Made by a program: the position numbers and the translations under genes | The notes under the pieces: generated by a model | What the model saw: the letters and a program-made list of their open reading frames with translations, nothing else | Told to the model about the DNA's origin: nothing | Databases searched by the model: none | Shown: positions 16,729 to 29,275 of the stretch, in pieces | Layout: every line of letters starts with the position of its first letter | Position numbering within the stretch: the stretch's first letter is position 1 | NCBI RefSeq assembly: GCF_009914755.1 | Contig: NC_060927.1 | Source of the DNA: the human T2T-CHM13v2.0 reference genome, Homo sapiens | DNA: 64,000 nt | Reading direction: 5' to 3' (one strand)

Positions 16729-19700
16729 TTATCTATATTTATATCCATATCTATCTATATAGATCATTCAATAATGTCTCACAATACATGAAATTCATAT
16801 CTGTAGTTTCATTTTCAACACTTCTGCCCCATTAATAGTTTGAGAATTATTAAAATAAAACTGCTTTTTCAATACAGACTCCAGAGTTTTCAGCAAGACA
16901 TCACCTTATATCAGGGTTTTGTTGCTTTAAAGATTCATTGGTGGTGAATTCCTACCACTCTGTTATAGCAGAGTGTTTCTCCCCTCCAACTAAATGGGCA
17001 ATTGTAAGGAAGATACTTGGAAAAGTAACCCTAATTCTGAAGTCATCTTTCTCCCAGGGCATTGAAACTGAAATGAATACACAGCAGGAACTTTATTTAT
17101 TAGCTGCTGGCAGCAATACAAAACTCTATCTGACAAGCGTGCAAATCAACCAAGGAATTGCCAGCCTGAGAGGCAACGATTTGCAAACTATGCTCCTGGT
17201 GTTGCATGAATATAGCTCAGGGGCAGCAGAGGAGATGAAGTGGAGACTGAGCAGGCTGGCCTCTGGTCCTTCCACCTTTCTTCCACAGTTGATGTTTTTA
17301 AATACTGAATTTCTCCATATGTTATATGAAAATTAAATGTTTGGTTACATTGTTTAAAACAACATTTTTTAAAACCCTTGCTTTCAAACTACTAAGCTCT
17401 CTCTCATTAAATTTGTACTAGCAGAAGCTGAAGATCCACCGTGCAAGGAAGACATCAAGGAGATCCCTGCTGTACATAGGAATTTGAATGAGAATTTCCC
17501 TTCAATTCTGAGACACTATAAATCTGACATCATATAGTAATATGAAAGGTGATATTTCACACATAACCAAGGCACAACTTCTCTTTTCAGTAAATATTGC
17601 TAAACTCAAAAAAACCTACACATATGACTTAAATGATAGATATAAATAAAGGTGGTTTCAACACATGAGATTTTCTCTTCTCCCTCATTAAAACTTACTA
17701 AAATGTTGGTAAAAATAATTTTTTTTTTAGTGTAGATCTGCAAAGACAAAGAGAAGAGGATGAAGACAAGAACAGATGAAAGATTTCGAACTGTTTTTAA
17801 GTGAGAAATGAATAGAAAACTCGCTAATGATTTACAACATAGAATAAATACAAACCTTAGTATACACAAAACTCCAGGAAAACTCTAGAGTAGGAAGCAT
17901 CAAATATAGAAGAAGAAGTATGTGGAGGGGTGAAGTGTGGGGCTAAAAGTTGAGAGCTTCTTTGAAATTTTGTCTTGAGAACAGGCAGGTTCCCTTGTCT
18001 CCTGCTCCATTTTATGTAGCACACCTTTCCCAACTAGCAGAAAAAGGGGAGATTGGCAGATTGGTCCAAAGAAGATGAACTGGAGAGACTCCAAAGTCAA
18101 GGATCCAGACATCAGGGAGGGTGAGAATGAAATACCAGACTGAAGAGAGGTATAAAAGGAAGTCTGATTCTCAACAGTGGCACACTCACATGCACACTCA
18201 CACACATACACATATTGCTCCCTCCTTTCCCAAACACTGGTAGTCAGGCTTATCTCTCCAAGGCCAGAAACTGCTGAGTTAATTTCTGCAGAGCCTGAAC
18301 AGCCCCAGAGAAAAGGCCTTCAGATACATAACAAATCTCTAGTTATTAAAAAATCACAGCTTCTTTTCACTGAACTGAAGCTAACTAGTTGACAAATCCA
18401 ACCATTAACTAGTTGAGCTTCCAAGTAGCTCATATAGTACTCACTTCAAAATGAATCCATACCCAAGGATTACCAAAGAGTGAAGAAAAGTCTCATATAT
18501 GAAAGAAAGAGTTAAAAACAAACAAATGTATAGAAGACAGAAGAAACTCAGATTAAATAGACACAGGCTAAGTAGAGGACTGAGGCAATGAGAGTGTCCA
18601 GGACAATAGCTGTACAGCAGATCTAGAGGCCAATCAGGAGAGATTAGACCAAACACATACCAAAACTCAAGAAGGAATGACTTTGAGAAAAAATAGAACT
18701 AACAGATTACCTAATAAATCTGACCATGTAGAAAATATTACTAAGGGGTTCTCTAGTTTTGTCAATAGGCTTAGTGATAGTTCACGATAGGTACATATAT
18801 TCTTAAGGAAACAAAAAAGGTAAAGCACTTATGAAGTCCAAGGAAAAAAAGTCATTTGAAAGAGAAAGCATGAGTGTATTTCTTGATTCAGCACTTAACA
18901 GTACTTAAATATTCAAATTGATGGGAACATAGGCTATTTAATGAAAAATTGCATTACCTCAACTAAAGTTTGAAGGAAAGGAAGAAGGTAATGTGAAATC
19001 CTCATCTACCATAAGAAGTTGTGATTACATAATGTCTAAATTTGATACAGTAAGAAATAGCAGTATGAGCATGTTGTATAAAAATGGCACTAATTACCAG
19101 AAGAAACACTGGAAAATTTGAAAGTACCTACCTGTGGGGAGTTTAATGGAGATGGCAATTGGGTTGGAAAGACAGGGGTAGAGCTAATGTTTTTCAGGAA
19201 GCCTTACAGAACAATTGCACTTTAAATATGTTTGTTGATATTTAATAGTTTTTAAATAACAAGAAATGAGAGTAGGATGAGAGCAGAGAGTAAATAAACT
19301 AAACAGTGATTAAATGAATCATAGATGTTATTATAAGACATTTAAGAAATTCAATGATGAAAAGTCCAGAAAACAAAATTACAACAAACTAAAAATTCAT
19401 AAAAGCAACTTTGAGTAAATGTATCCTTCTAATAGAACCATAATTACATGCTTCAAAGTATACTTTATCTTTCAATAAGCCATAAGTATTATTTTTAAAA
19501 GTATACTACTCATGCTAATTAACTACTAGCATAGAAGTGAACATTAATAGTAGAATTAAACTGCATTCTAAAAAAGGGCTTTTTACAACAAATGTCTGTA
19601 CTATTCTCCTCAACTCATCTCTTTATTTTGGTCAGGGAAGAGATAAAAATGAAGAGTGGGGAGAGCATCCTCGAACAAAATATATTTGCACATCTTTTTT

Positions 19701-19761
19701 TTTCTTAACTCTTTTAAAAGAATGGAAAAAAATAAAAAATAAAACTAAAAGAATTACTGAC

Positions 19762-20010
19762 CAGGAAGTAGCTCTATGTACAGACTCTTGTTGCCAGTCA
19801 AATGGGAGACGTGGCAGGTCACGGTAGACACATTGTGGACCTCCCAGTGGCATGTACTCTTAACAGTCACTGTGCCATTGCTCCAGTATTCTTGCTTAGT
19901 GGCACAATCGCCCTCTGGGATCCAGGAGATATGCGCAGCTGGCTTCCCTGCAACTGCCTTGCATACTGCAGTTCTATTCCTGTTTTGAAACAGGGTCACT
20001 TCAGGTGTAA
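19762..20010 (-). CDS. CD200R1: CD200R1 exon 5, Ig C2-type domain (TPEVTLFQ...SLYIELLP)
   Basis: ctgcag|TT ACA CCT...CCT G|gtcagt; 249 nt, phase 1-1. Ig motifs AVCKA, ISW, VTCHVSH; ORF track 19754..19999. Confidence 0.97.
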
Positions 20011-20088
20011 CTGCAGAGAGGAAAGAGGGAAAAAAATGCTTCGGTTTTCACATAAAGCATATGGAATTCAGAGAGACATTTGTTTCCG

Positions 20089-20135
20089 TCACAAATCTGG
20101 TGATGTGAAATACCTCAATATATGATGCTCCTTAC
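20089..20135 (-). CDS. CD200R1: Read-through of exon 4 into intron 4: alternative C-terminus GKEHHILRYFTSPDL* (soluble IgV-only isoform)
   Basis: The frame stays open past the exon 4 donor to TGA at 20089-20091. The peptide matches my recollection of the short CD200R1 isoforms. Confidence 0.75.
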
Positions 20136-20453
20136 CTAACACTTGGAGGTGATATCCACGATGGAAATTCCCATCAGGTGTTACCATTATGCATCTGTAA
20201 TACCCGTCATGAGTGATGGCCACGGTACGAATCTGAAGGTCCGAATTCTGATCAGGTCTGGAGACCCAGGTTATTCTCTCATCAGTACAGTTGGTTTCCT
20301 TGGTCTCATTTGTTTCTTTCTTGTAGGCTTTTGTGCAGGAAGGCTGGCCTCTCAGGATTATTTCCCATGTTATTATGATCAAATTTCTTAATGCGATAGG
20401 AGGGCAACAAAGCACAGCATTTGTAGCCATCTTTACAGGCCATGAAGTGTTAA
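20136..20453 (-). CDS. CD200R1: CD200R1 exon 4, Ig V-type CD200-binding domain (NTSWPVKMATNAVLCC...GYHLQVL)
   Basis: ccag|TT AAC ACT...TTA G|gtaagg; 318 nt, phase 1-1. V-set motif DGYYRC; ORF track 20089..20430. Confidence 0.97.
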
Positions 20454-22051
20454 CTGGACATGAAAAGAGAATGATAAAAGAAAAGCTTGATAAAGAACTT
20501 CATGTGTTACATTTATCCACAACATATGAAGTTACACTAGAACATAACTTTGTTGGTGATCTTATTCCAAAAATATTAGACCTTCATAAAAAATTAAAAT
20601 TCTCAAAATATAAATAATATATTGAACCCAATCTAGAGATTAACCAATTTTCTCCTGTATTATGTATTATTAGAAATATGATATATAATAAAGTATTTTT
20701 TATATTAATGGAGAAGTTTTAATATCTAGAAACAAAGAGAATTGTAAATTAAACAACAAAGGCAATGTTCTACATCTAATCTTTAGGTGGTGGAGACTAT
20801 TGCCTTTATCATACAATGTATGTGCCACAGGAAAGAAAATGGAACAATTAGTGATGTGGCTGTCTCCTCCTCAGCTTTGGTGAGCACAAAAAAGTCTATC
20901 TCTAAGGTTTTTGTTTCAGACAAACATAAATGTGGTATGTATTAATATATAGTGCTTTCTTTTAAAGTAACTAATATGGCATTTGGGTTGAACTAGCTAG
21001 AAATTTTTTTAAGTTCTTTTTTTTAAAAAGAATCACAAAGTCAGTGAAACCCACAGATCTTTAAAAAAAAAAAAACTATTATTCCACCAGTTGAGCCATC
21101 CCATAAAAATGAAAAATGATAATGCCCTGTGATAAGAGATGCTTAGAAATATTTATTTCTTGTGAAAATATAGTGTGATATATAATTTTTAAAAAACGAT
21201 TTATTTCCCTTTAGACATTTTTTATTAAAAATATTTTATTGCAAATTTATGACATTATCAAATGTAGCCTTTGGATGAGTTTTCATTCCTTCCTATTTAG
21301 TCACACATACACTTTCAGATAGTTCAGCTGTGAACTTAGCTCACAGATTTTATTTCTGTATATTCAATCCAATTATCAACACTAAAGGCGTAAGTTGATC
21401 CCTGTTGTCCATCATTTAAAGGAAAAATTAAGCCCTGCATCCTACAAGCATCTTCCAACGTAGAACCTCATGCATCCCATAAATCGACACAATGTGTCAG
21501 TGACTTGGTAAGGGTTTACTGAGAGGTGATTAGTCCACCAAAGTATTTGTCACTACTCACCTCTAACAAAGGTAAGTGTCAGTGATTTCATCACTATAGC
21601 ATAAGCAGAATCAGCTATAGAGGGGCAAACCTTTATGTGGGTGAAGGATGTTTTTGCTAAACCCTGCATTTAACATCTTTCCTATCCTGTTTTGGTGTCA
21701 CCTGTCTCTTACATGGTTTGTACTCTAGCCCTTGCATTTCACAGCAAATTAATAAGTACATAACTAGATGAAGAAAGAGGTAATACTTTAACATAGATCT
21801 GAGAGGTAGTTAAATCCATGCTCCTTCCGCCACTCCACCTTAGCAAAGGTTCAGAGACAAGCAAGAACATGGCTTGTTTGGAGAACAACTAGAGGTTGGG
21901 TCATTCAGGATCCCTCATACCACAGTACTCAGATCACCAAGTTCTTCAAGTAGTCATAAGGCTGGCTTCCAGTCAGGTCATTAGCTAATATTTCTAAGGA
22001 AGTTCAACTTTCCATCCCTAGGTGCTGGCCACTAGTAAGGAAGCATATTAC

Positions 22052-22117
22052 CTTCTGCGAGTACTTTCGAGTAGTTCTGTGTAATCTGTTTTTCATCCAT
22101 ACATAAACTGCTTGAAG
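22052..22117 (-). CDS. CD200R1: CD200R1 exon 3: (A)SSSLCMDEKQITQNYSKVLAE(V)
   Basis: ctag|CT TCA AGC AGT...GCA GAA G|gtaat; 66 nt, phase 1-1. Confidence 0.95.
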
Positions 22118-23289
22118 CTAGAAAATATTTAGAGAAGAATAAATGAAATCAATTTTATGTACTCAGAGTGGAAGCCAGTATCCCTCCACAAAGTCTTATC
22201 CAACATGATAGGCAATCAGTTAACCATAATTAAAATTACACAAAAATCATTGTAAAACAGAAATTAGAAGTCATGCCATCATTAGGGGACTAAATGTGTT
22301 AATATCCTGAAAATTATACTTAAGTAATCAATAATTTCTCTTTCGTGATACACCTTGTTTTGAAATATTTTGAAAAAGATAAACCTGCCTCTACTGCATC
22401 CTTCTTCCTCAGCCAGGGAGATTGGTCTACGTGAGCATCTCACATGAGCTGGTCCAATTATATCCCTTTCTTCAGCTACCACTTCCCAATCAAAGTTATT
22501 TGGTCCAATGTTGGGCACTTCACCCAGGTTAATACAGCAGTGCCCTTTCTCAAGAATTTTAGAAGCAAAACTGAGAAGGGGCCATCCATCTCTGTTGCTT
22601 TCTCATTTTGTTTTCTACTTATTAGAGTACAAAGGGAAAAATATAGCAGAAGCAAATGTCAGCAAGATGGCTGACTAGAGGCCCCTGGTGCACATCTCCT
22701 CCAAAAGAAAGGACCAAGCAATAGACAGCTAAGATTCTACTGGAGTATCAAAGGGAGAGTGCAGGAGTGCAGAAAAGTAGTGGAGAGGAGCTCGTGGTCA
22801 TCAGAAGCTCAGGAGGGAAGCATAAAAGCACCCTGCCTCTGGCACCCCATCCTTCCACATCCTCTTCCTGGATTGGCCCAGGCTCAGGAGGGACTTCCTC
22901 TTGCAGGGAAAACATAAGCAGAAGAACCCCACCAGCCCCTATAGCTACTGAAAAGAGTTATTTCAAGAGAATTTCACAGTCCTCACAAGCCCTGAGCCCA
23001 GTGTGGAGTGCTACCAGGAATTCATACAGCTGCACTGCTCCAGATAAGGGGCACAATGTGTACACCTGCTACCTCCCACCCACCCTCTGTGAGCCAAGCT
23101 GCTGCAGCAAGGGGCCACCATGGACTAGAGCCACTTTTGAAGTACACCGTGTCCTGGGGACTAGTAGCCACTGTACCTCTCCAGCCCACCAGCTGGCTAT
23201 ACATTTGCTGCATGGAGCCTGGGCTCAGGATTGGCTGTGACTCTGGTCCTGCACAGTAGGGAAACCAATCCCCTCTCCCCACACTTCCA

Positions 23290-24300
23290 GCCAGAGAAAC
23301 AGTCTGGCAGTCCTACCCGGGACAAACCTGCCATTGAGCTGGCCAAACCACTGCATGCCCTCTCCTGAAGGGGAGAGGACCCAGCAGCTGACATAACCCT
23401 AGGCCAGCTGAGTGTACATGCATCCTCACCCAGGGCCTGGGAAACAGTCCTGTGCCTCCTCCCCAACAAACATGGCCACAGACATGTCCCCAGGCCTCCC
23501 CAGCAGCCCCATGCCCTCACTCAAGGCCTGAGAAATAGCCCTGTGAGCCCTCCATGTGGCAGATACACCCCCATGACTAATCAGCAGCCCACACCAACAC
23601 TCAGGATCTGGGAAACTGTCAAGGGTGTCGCTCCCAGAGGACACATCCCCAGACCTACATATCAGTTCCATACCCACAACTGGGGCCTGAGAAACAGCAG
23701 GGCAGATCCACTCCCAGTGGACATCCCCCCCAGGCCAGCCCAGCAGTCACATCCACGGCTGAGAAACAGCCCCACAAGCTCACTGTTGGCAAATATAACC
23801 CCAGGCCTACCAAGTGGCCCCGTGCCTGTAACCAGAGCCTAAGAAACAACCCAGTGGATCCACCACTAGTGGAAACTCAGCCAGGCCAGCTGAGTGTCTG
23901 CATGATTATGTCCTGGGCCTGAGAAACAGCCAGCGGGCCCCTACTGTGAACAACCCTAGACTGACAGATTGTGCATTCACCCCCAGGAACTGAGAAACAG
24001 CACAGCAGGCATGCCCCTGGTGGACATACCTACAGACCAGCTGAGCAGGTGGGGACCTGTACCCAGGGCCTAAGAAATAATCTGGTGGGCCCACTCTCAG
24101 CAGACATGCCCCCAGACTGGCCGAGTGGCTGCCCACCCACTCCAGAACCTAAGAAACAGCCCAGTGGGTCCACCCCTAGCAGACATGCCCTGAGGATAGC
24201 CAAACAACCATGTGCTTGTGCCCAGGGCCAGAGTAAGAGCCCCATAGTCCCAAACCCAGCAAGCCAGATGCCAAGTTGAGTAACCCACCATGTGCACACA
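23290..24300 (+). repeat. Degenerate tandem array, ~80-bp unit, at least 11 copies, in the L1 5'UTR
   Basis: Core gggcctgaGAAACAGccc recurs at about 23441, 23532, 23612, 23691, 23763, 23843, 23923, 23994, 24074, 24153 and 24233. Confidence 0.8.
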
Positions 24301-25493
24301 AGCACCCATAACCTGAAAAGCAGGCTGGCAAACCAACTCCCAGCAAAGCTGTGCCACTGCTGCCACAAACTCACCACCTAGGTCATAGGGACACTTGCAA
24401 ACATCACTAGAATGGATTACATATAAATAAGCTTTTTCTTAAGAAGCCTACACCATAAAATTAGAAGAGGCGACAATTGCACCAGATATGTAGGTATCAA
24501 CATAGAAACACATCAAACATGAAAAAGCAAGAAAATATGATAGACCCCCCAAATCAACCCAGTAATTCTCCAGTAACATAACCAATTATAAGGCAATATA
24601 TGAAATGCCAGAAGAAGAATTCAAAATAATAATCTTAAGGAAACTCAATGAGATAAAAGAGAATACAGATAAACAATTCAATAAAATCAGGAAAACAATT
24701 TGTGATTTAAATGAAAAATTCAACAAAAAGATAGCTATCATAAAAAAAGAGATTTTAGAGCTGAAGAAGTCAATGAATGAAATAAAAAATACGATTTTTC
24801 AACAACAGCATAGAAAACGTAGAGGAAAGGATTTCTGAACTTGAAGACAAGTCTTTTGAAATAATACATGAGGATTTTAAAAACAAAAAGAAAAAGAATT
24901 TTAAAAAAATAAAGTTTACAGGATTTAGGAGACATCAGTAAGCAAAAAACATTCACATTATAAAAATTCTGGAAGGAGAAAAGAAAGAAAAAGGCACAGA
25001 AAACATATTTAATAAAATAATAGCAGAAAACTTTCCAAGTTTTGGGAGAGAGAGAGAGATTCAGATCCAAGAAGTTCAAAATTTCCCAAATAGATTTAAC
25101 CCAAATACATCCTCTCTAAGGAATGTTATAGTCAAATTATCAAAAGGCAAAGACAAAGGAAGAATGATAAAAACACGCAAGAGAAAAGCATCAAGCCAAA
25201 TATAAGGGAATCCCCCTTATACTGATAGCAGATTTCTCATCAGAAACCTTATGGGCCAAGAGAAAATGGAGTGATACATTCAAAGTACTGAAAGAAAATA
25301 ACTGTCAGTGAATATTATATCCAGAAAAACTATCCTTCAGAAATAAAGGCAAGACTGTCACCAAGCAGAAAAAAAAAATCAATAAAATGACAGATGTAAG
25401 TTCTCATCTATCAAATAATCTTGAATGTAAATGGATTCAATTTCCCAATTAAAAGATATAGACTGGCCAAGTGGATTTAAAAATATAAGACCC

Positions 25494-25808
<315 letters not shown>

Positions 25809-26744
25809 TCATCTCACCTGTAAAGACACACATAAACTGAAAGTGGAGTGGAAAAAAGACATGCAAACAGAATCCAAATACAAGCAGGAGTAGCTATACT
25901 TACATTAGATAAAACAGACTTTAAGACAAAGGCTATATAAAAAAGAACATTATGTAAAAATAAAGGAATTTATTCAGCAAGACGACATAACAATTGGAAA
26001 TATATATGGACCCAATGTTGGAGCACCCAGATATATAAAGCTAATATTATTAAAGCTAAAGGGAGAGATAAACCTCAAAGCAATAATAGGTGGGGACTTC
26101 AACACCCTACTTTCAGCATTAGGCAGATGATCTAGACAGAAAATCAAGAAACATTGGATCTAAACCACACCATAAATCAAACAGACCTAACAGACCTTTA
26201 CAGAACATTTTATATAACAGCTGCAAAATACACATTATTTTCACCAGCACATGGAACATTCTCCAGAATTGACAATATGTTAGGTCACAAAACAAGTCTC
26301 AAATAATTTTTAAAAATTACAATCATATCATCTTATGTGACCACAATGGAATAAAATTAGAAATCAATAACAAGAGGAACATTTGAAACTATACAAATAC
26401 ATGAAAGTTAAACAGCATGTTCCTGAATGACAAATGAGTAAAGAAAGAAATTAAGAAGTTTAAGAATTTCTTGAAACAAATGAAAATAGAAACACAAAAT
26501 ACCAAAACCTAAGGGATACAGCAAAAGCAGCATTAAGAGGCAAATACATAGCAATAAATCCCTACATCAAAAAAGTAGTAATATTTCAAATTAACATCCT
26601 AACAGCACATATTAAGGAAGAAAACCAGGAATAAACTGAACCCAAAATTAGTAGGAGGAATAAAGATCAGAGCAGAACTCAATGAAACTGAACCTAAAAA
26701 GAAATGCAAAAAACCAACAACAAAAAAGTTTTGTTTTTTCTGTT

Positions 26745-29275
26745 TGCAATATTTTAACTTCAGGGGTATATAGGTAGGATGTGCAGGTTTATTAGGTAAA
26801 TGTATGCCATGGTGATTTGCTGCACAGATCATTCCATCACCGAGGTATTAAGCCCAGCATCCATCAGCTATTCTTTCTGATGCTCTCCCTCCTCCCACTC
26901 CCCACCCTCTGACAGGCTCCAGTGTGTGTTTCCACCCTCCATATGTCCATGTGTTCTTATCATTCAGCTCCCACTTATAAGTGAGAAAATGCACTGTTTG
27001 GTTTTCTGTTTCTGCATTAGTTTGCTGAGGATAATCTAATCACCTCCACCTGCATCCATGTCCCTGCAAAGGACATGAACTCATCTATACATGGCTGCAT
27101 AATATTTCATGGTATATATGTACCACATTTTCTTTATTCAGTCTATCACTGATGGGCATTTAGGTTGACTTCATGTCTTTGCTATTGTGAATAGTGCTGC
27201 AATGAACATACACGTGCATGTATCCTTAAAATGGAATTATTTATATTCCTTTGGGTATATACCCAGTAATCAGATTGCCGAGTCAAACAGTATTTCTGCC
27301 TCTATGTCTTTGATGAATCACCACATTGTCTTCCACAATGGTTGCACTAATTTACACTCCCACCAACAGTGTAAAAGTGTTCCTTTTTCTCCATAACCTC
27401 GCTAGCATCTGTTGTTTCTGGACTTTTTAGTAATCACCATTCTGACTGGTGTGAGATAGTATCTCATTGTAGTTTTGATTTGCATTTCTCTAATGATCAG
27501 TGATGTTGAGCTTTTTTTCATATGTTTCTTGGTTGCATGTATGTCTTCTTTTGAGAATTATCTATTCATGTTCCTTACCCACTTTTTAATGGGGTTCTTT
27601 TTTTCTTATACATTTGTTTAAGTTCCTTGTAGATGCTGGACATTAGGCCTTTGTTAGATGAATAGATTATAAAACTTTTCTCCCATTCTGTAGGTTGTCT
27701 GTTTACTCTGTTGATAGTTTCTTTGGCTGTGCAGAAGCTCTTTAGTTTAATCAGATCCCATTTGTCAATTTTTGTTTTTGTTGAAGTTGCTTTTGGCATC
27801 TTTGTCATGAAATCATGAAATCTTTGCCTGAGCCTATGTCCTGAATGATATTGTCTTGATTTTCTTCTAGGGTTTTTAGAGTTTGGGGTTTTACGTTTAA
27901 GTCTTTAATCCATCTTGAGTTGATTTTTGTACATGATGTAAGGAAGGTGTTTTACTCTGCTCTCATGCTGCTAATAAAGACATACCCAAGACTGGATAAT
28001 TTATAAAAGAAAGAGGTTTAATTGACTCATAGTTCAGCATGGCTTGGGAGGCCTCAGAAAATTTACAATCACGACAGAAGGGGAAGCAGACATGTCCTTT
28101 TTCACATGGCAGCAGCATGGAGAAGTGCCAAGCAAAAGGAGGAAAAGCCCCTTATAAAACCGTCAAATCTCATGAGAATTCACTCACTATCATGAGAACA
28201 GCATGAGAGTAACTGCCCCCCATGATTAAATTACCTCCCAGCAGGTCCCTCCCATGACACATGGAGATTATAGAAACTACATTTCAAGATGAGATTTGGG
28301 TGGGGACACAGCCAAACCATATCAGAAGGGGTCCACTTTCAATTTTCTTCATATGGCTAGCCAGCTGTCCCAGCACCATTTATTAAATAGGGAATCCTTT
28401 CCCCATTGCTTGTTTCTGTCAGGTTTGTCAAAGATAAGATAGTTGTAGGTGTGCGGTGTTATTTCTGGGTTCTCTATTCTGTTCCATTGGTCTATGTGTC
28501 TGTTCTCGTACAACTACCATGCTGTTTTGATTACTGTAGCCCTATAGTATAGTTTGAAGTCAGGTAGCATGATGCTTCCAGCTTTGTTCTTTTTGCTGAG
28601 AATTGCCTTTGCTATTTGGGTTATGTTTTGGTTCCATATGAATTTTAAAACTGTTTTTTCTAATTCTGTGAACAATGTCAATTGTAGCTTAATGGGAATA
28701 GCACTGAATCTATAAACTATTTTGGGCAGTATGGTCATTTTCACAATATTGATTCTTCCTATCCATGAGCATGGACTGTTTTTCCATTTGTTTGTGTCAT
28801 CTCTGATTTCTTTGAGCAGCAGTTTATAGTTTTTCTTAAAGAGGTCCTTCACTTCCCTTGTTAGTTGTTTTCCTAGGTATTTTATTCTTTTGTGGCAATT
28901 GTGAATGGGCGTTCATTTATGATTTGGCTCTTGTCTTGTCTGTTGTTGGTGTATAGGAATACTAGCAATTTTTGCACAATGATTTTGGATCCTGAAACTT
29001 TGCAGAAGTTACTTATCAGCTTAAGAAGCTTTTGGGCTGAGATGATGGGGTTTTCTAGATATAGAATCATGTTATCTGCAAACAAAGATAACTTGAGTTC
29101 CTCTCCTCCTATTTGAATTTTCTTTGTTTCTTTCTCTTGCATGATTACCCTGGCCACAACTTCCAATACCATGTTAAATAGAAGTGGTGAGAGAGGGCAT
29201 CCTTGTCTTGTGCCAGTTTTCAAGGGGAATGCTTCTAGTTTTTGCCCATTCAGTATGATATGAGCTGTGGGTTTG
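26745..29275 (-). mobile_element. 5'-truncated L1PA10-13-like LINE-1 (sense to CD200R1)
   Basis: Minus-strand ORF2 pieces 28882..29223, 28514..28852 and 27575..27808; 3'UTR 'gcacagatcattccatcacc...aagcccagcatcc'. Confidence 0.88.
27948..28324 (-). mobile_element. THE1 (C/D-like) solo LTR
   Basis: Ends 'gggacacagccaaaccatatca'; perfect 5-bp TSD gaagg (27943-27947 and 28325-28329). Confidence 0.92.

Noticed and set aside
16938-17336. 132-aa plus-strand ORF in intron 5
   Set aside because: Non-ATG start, no recognisable motif, no supporting exon structure.
23290-24300. CRISPR-like repeat-spacer array
   Set aside because: Eukaryotic context; the inter-core segments are also mutually similar, so it is a degenerate tandem repeat.
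22767-24377. Dense overlapping ORFs on both strands (up to 157 aa)
   Set aside because: By-product of the GC-rich repetitive L1 5'UTR; no recognisable domain or splice context.
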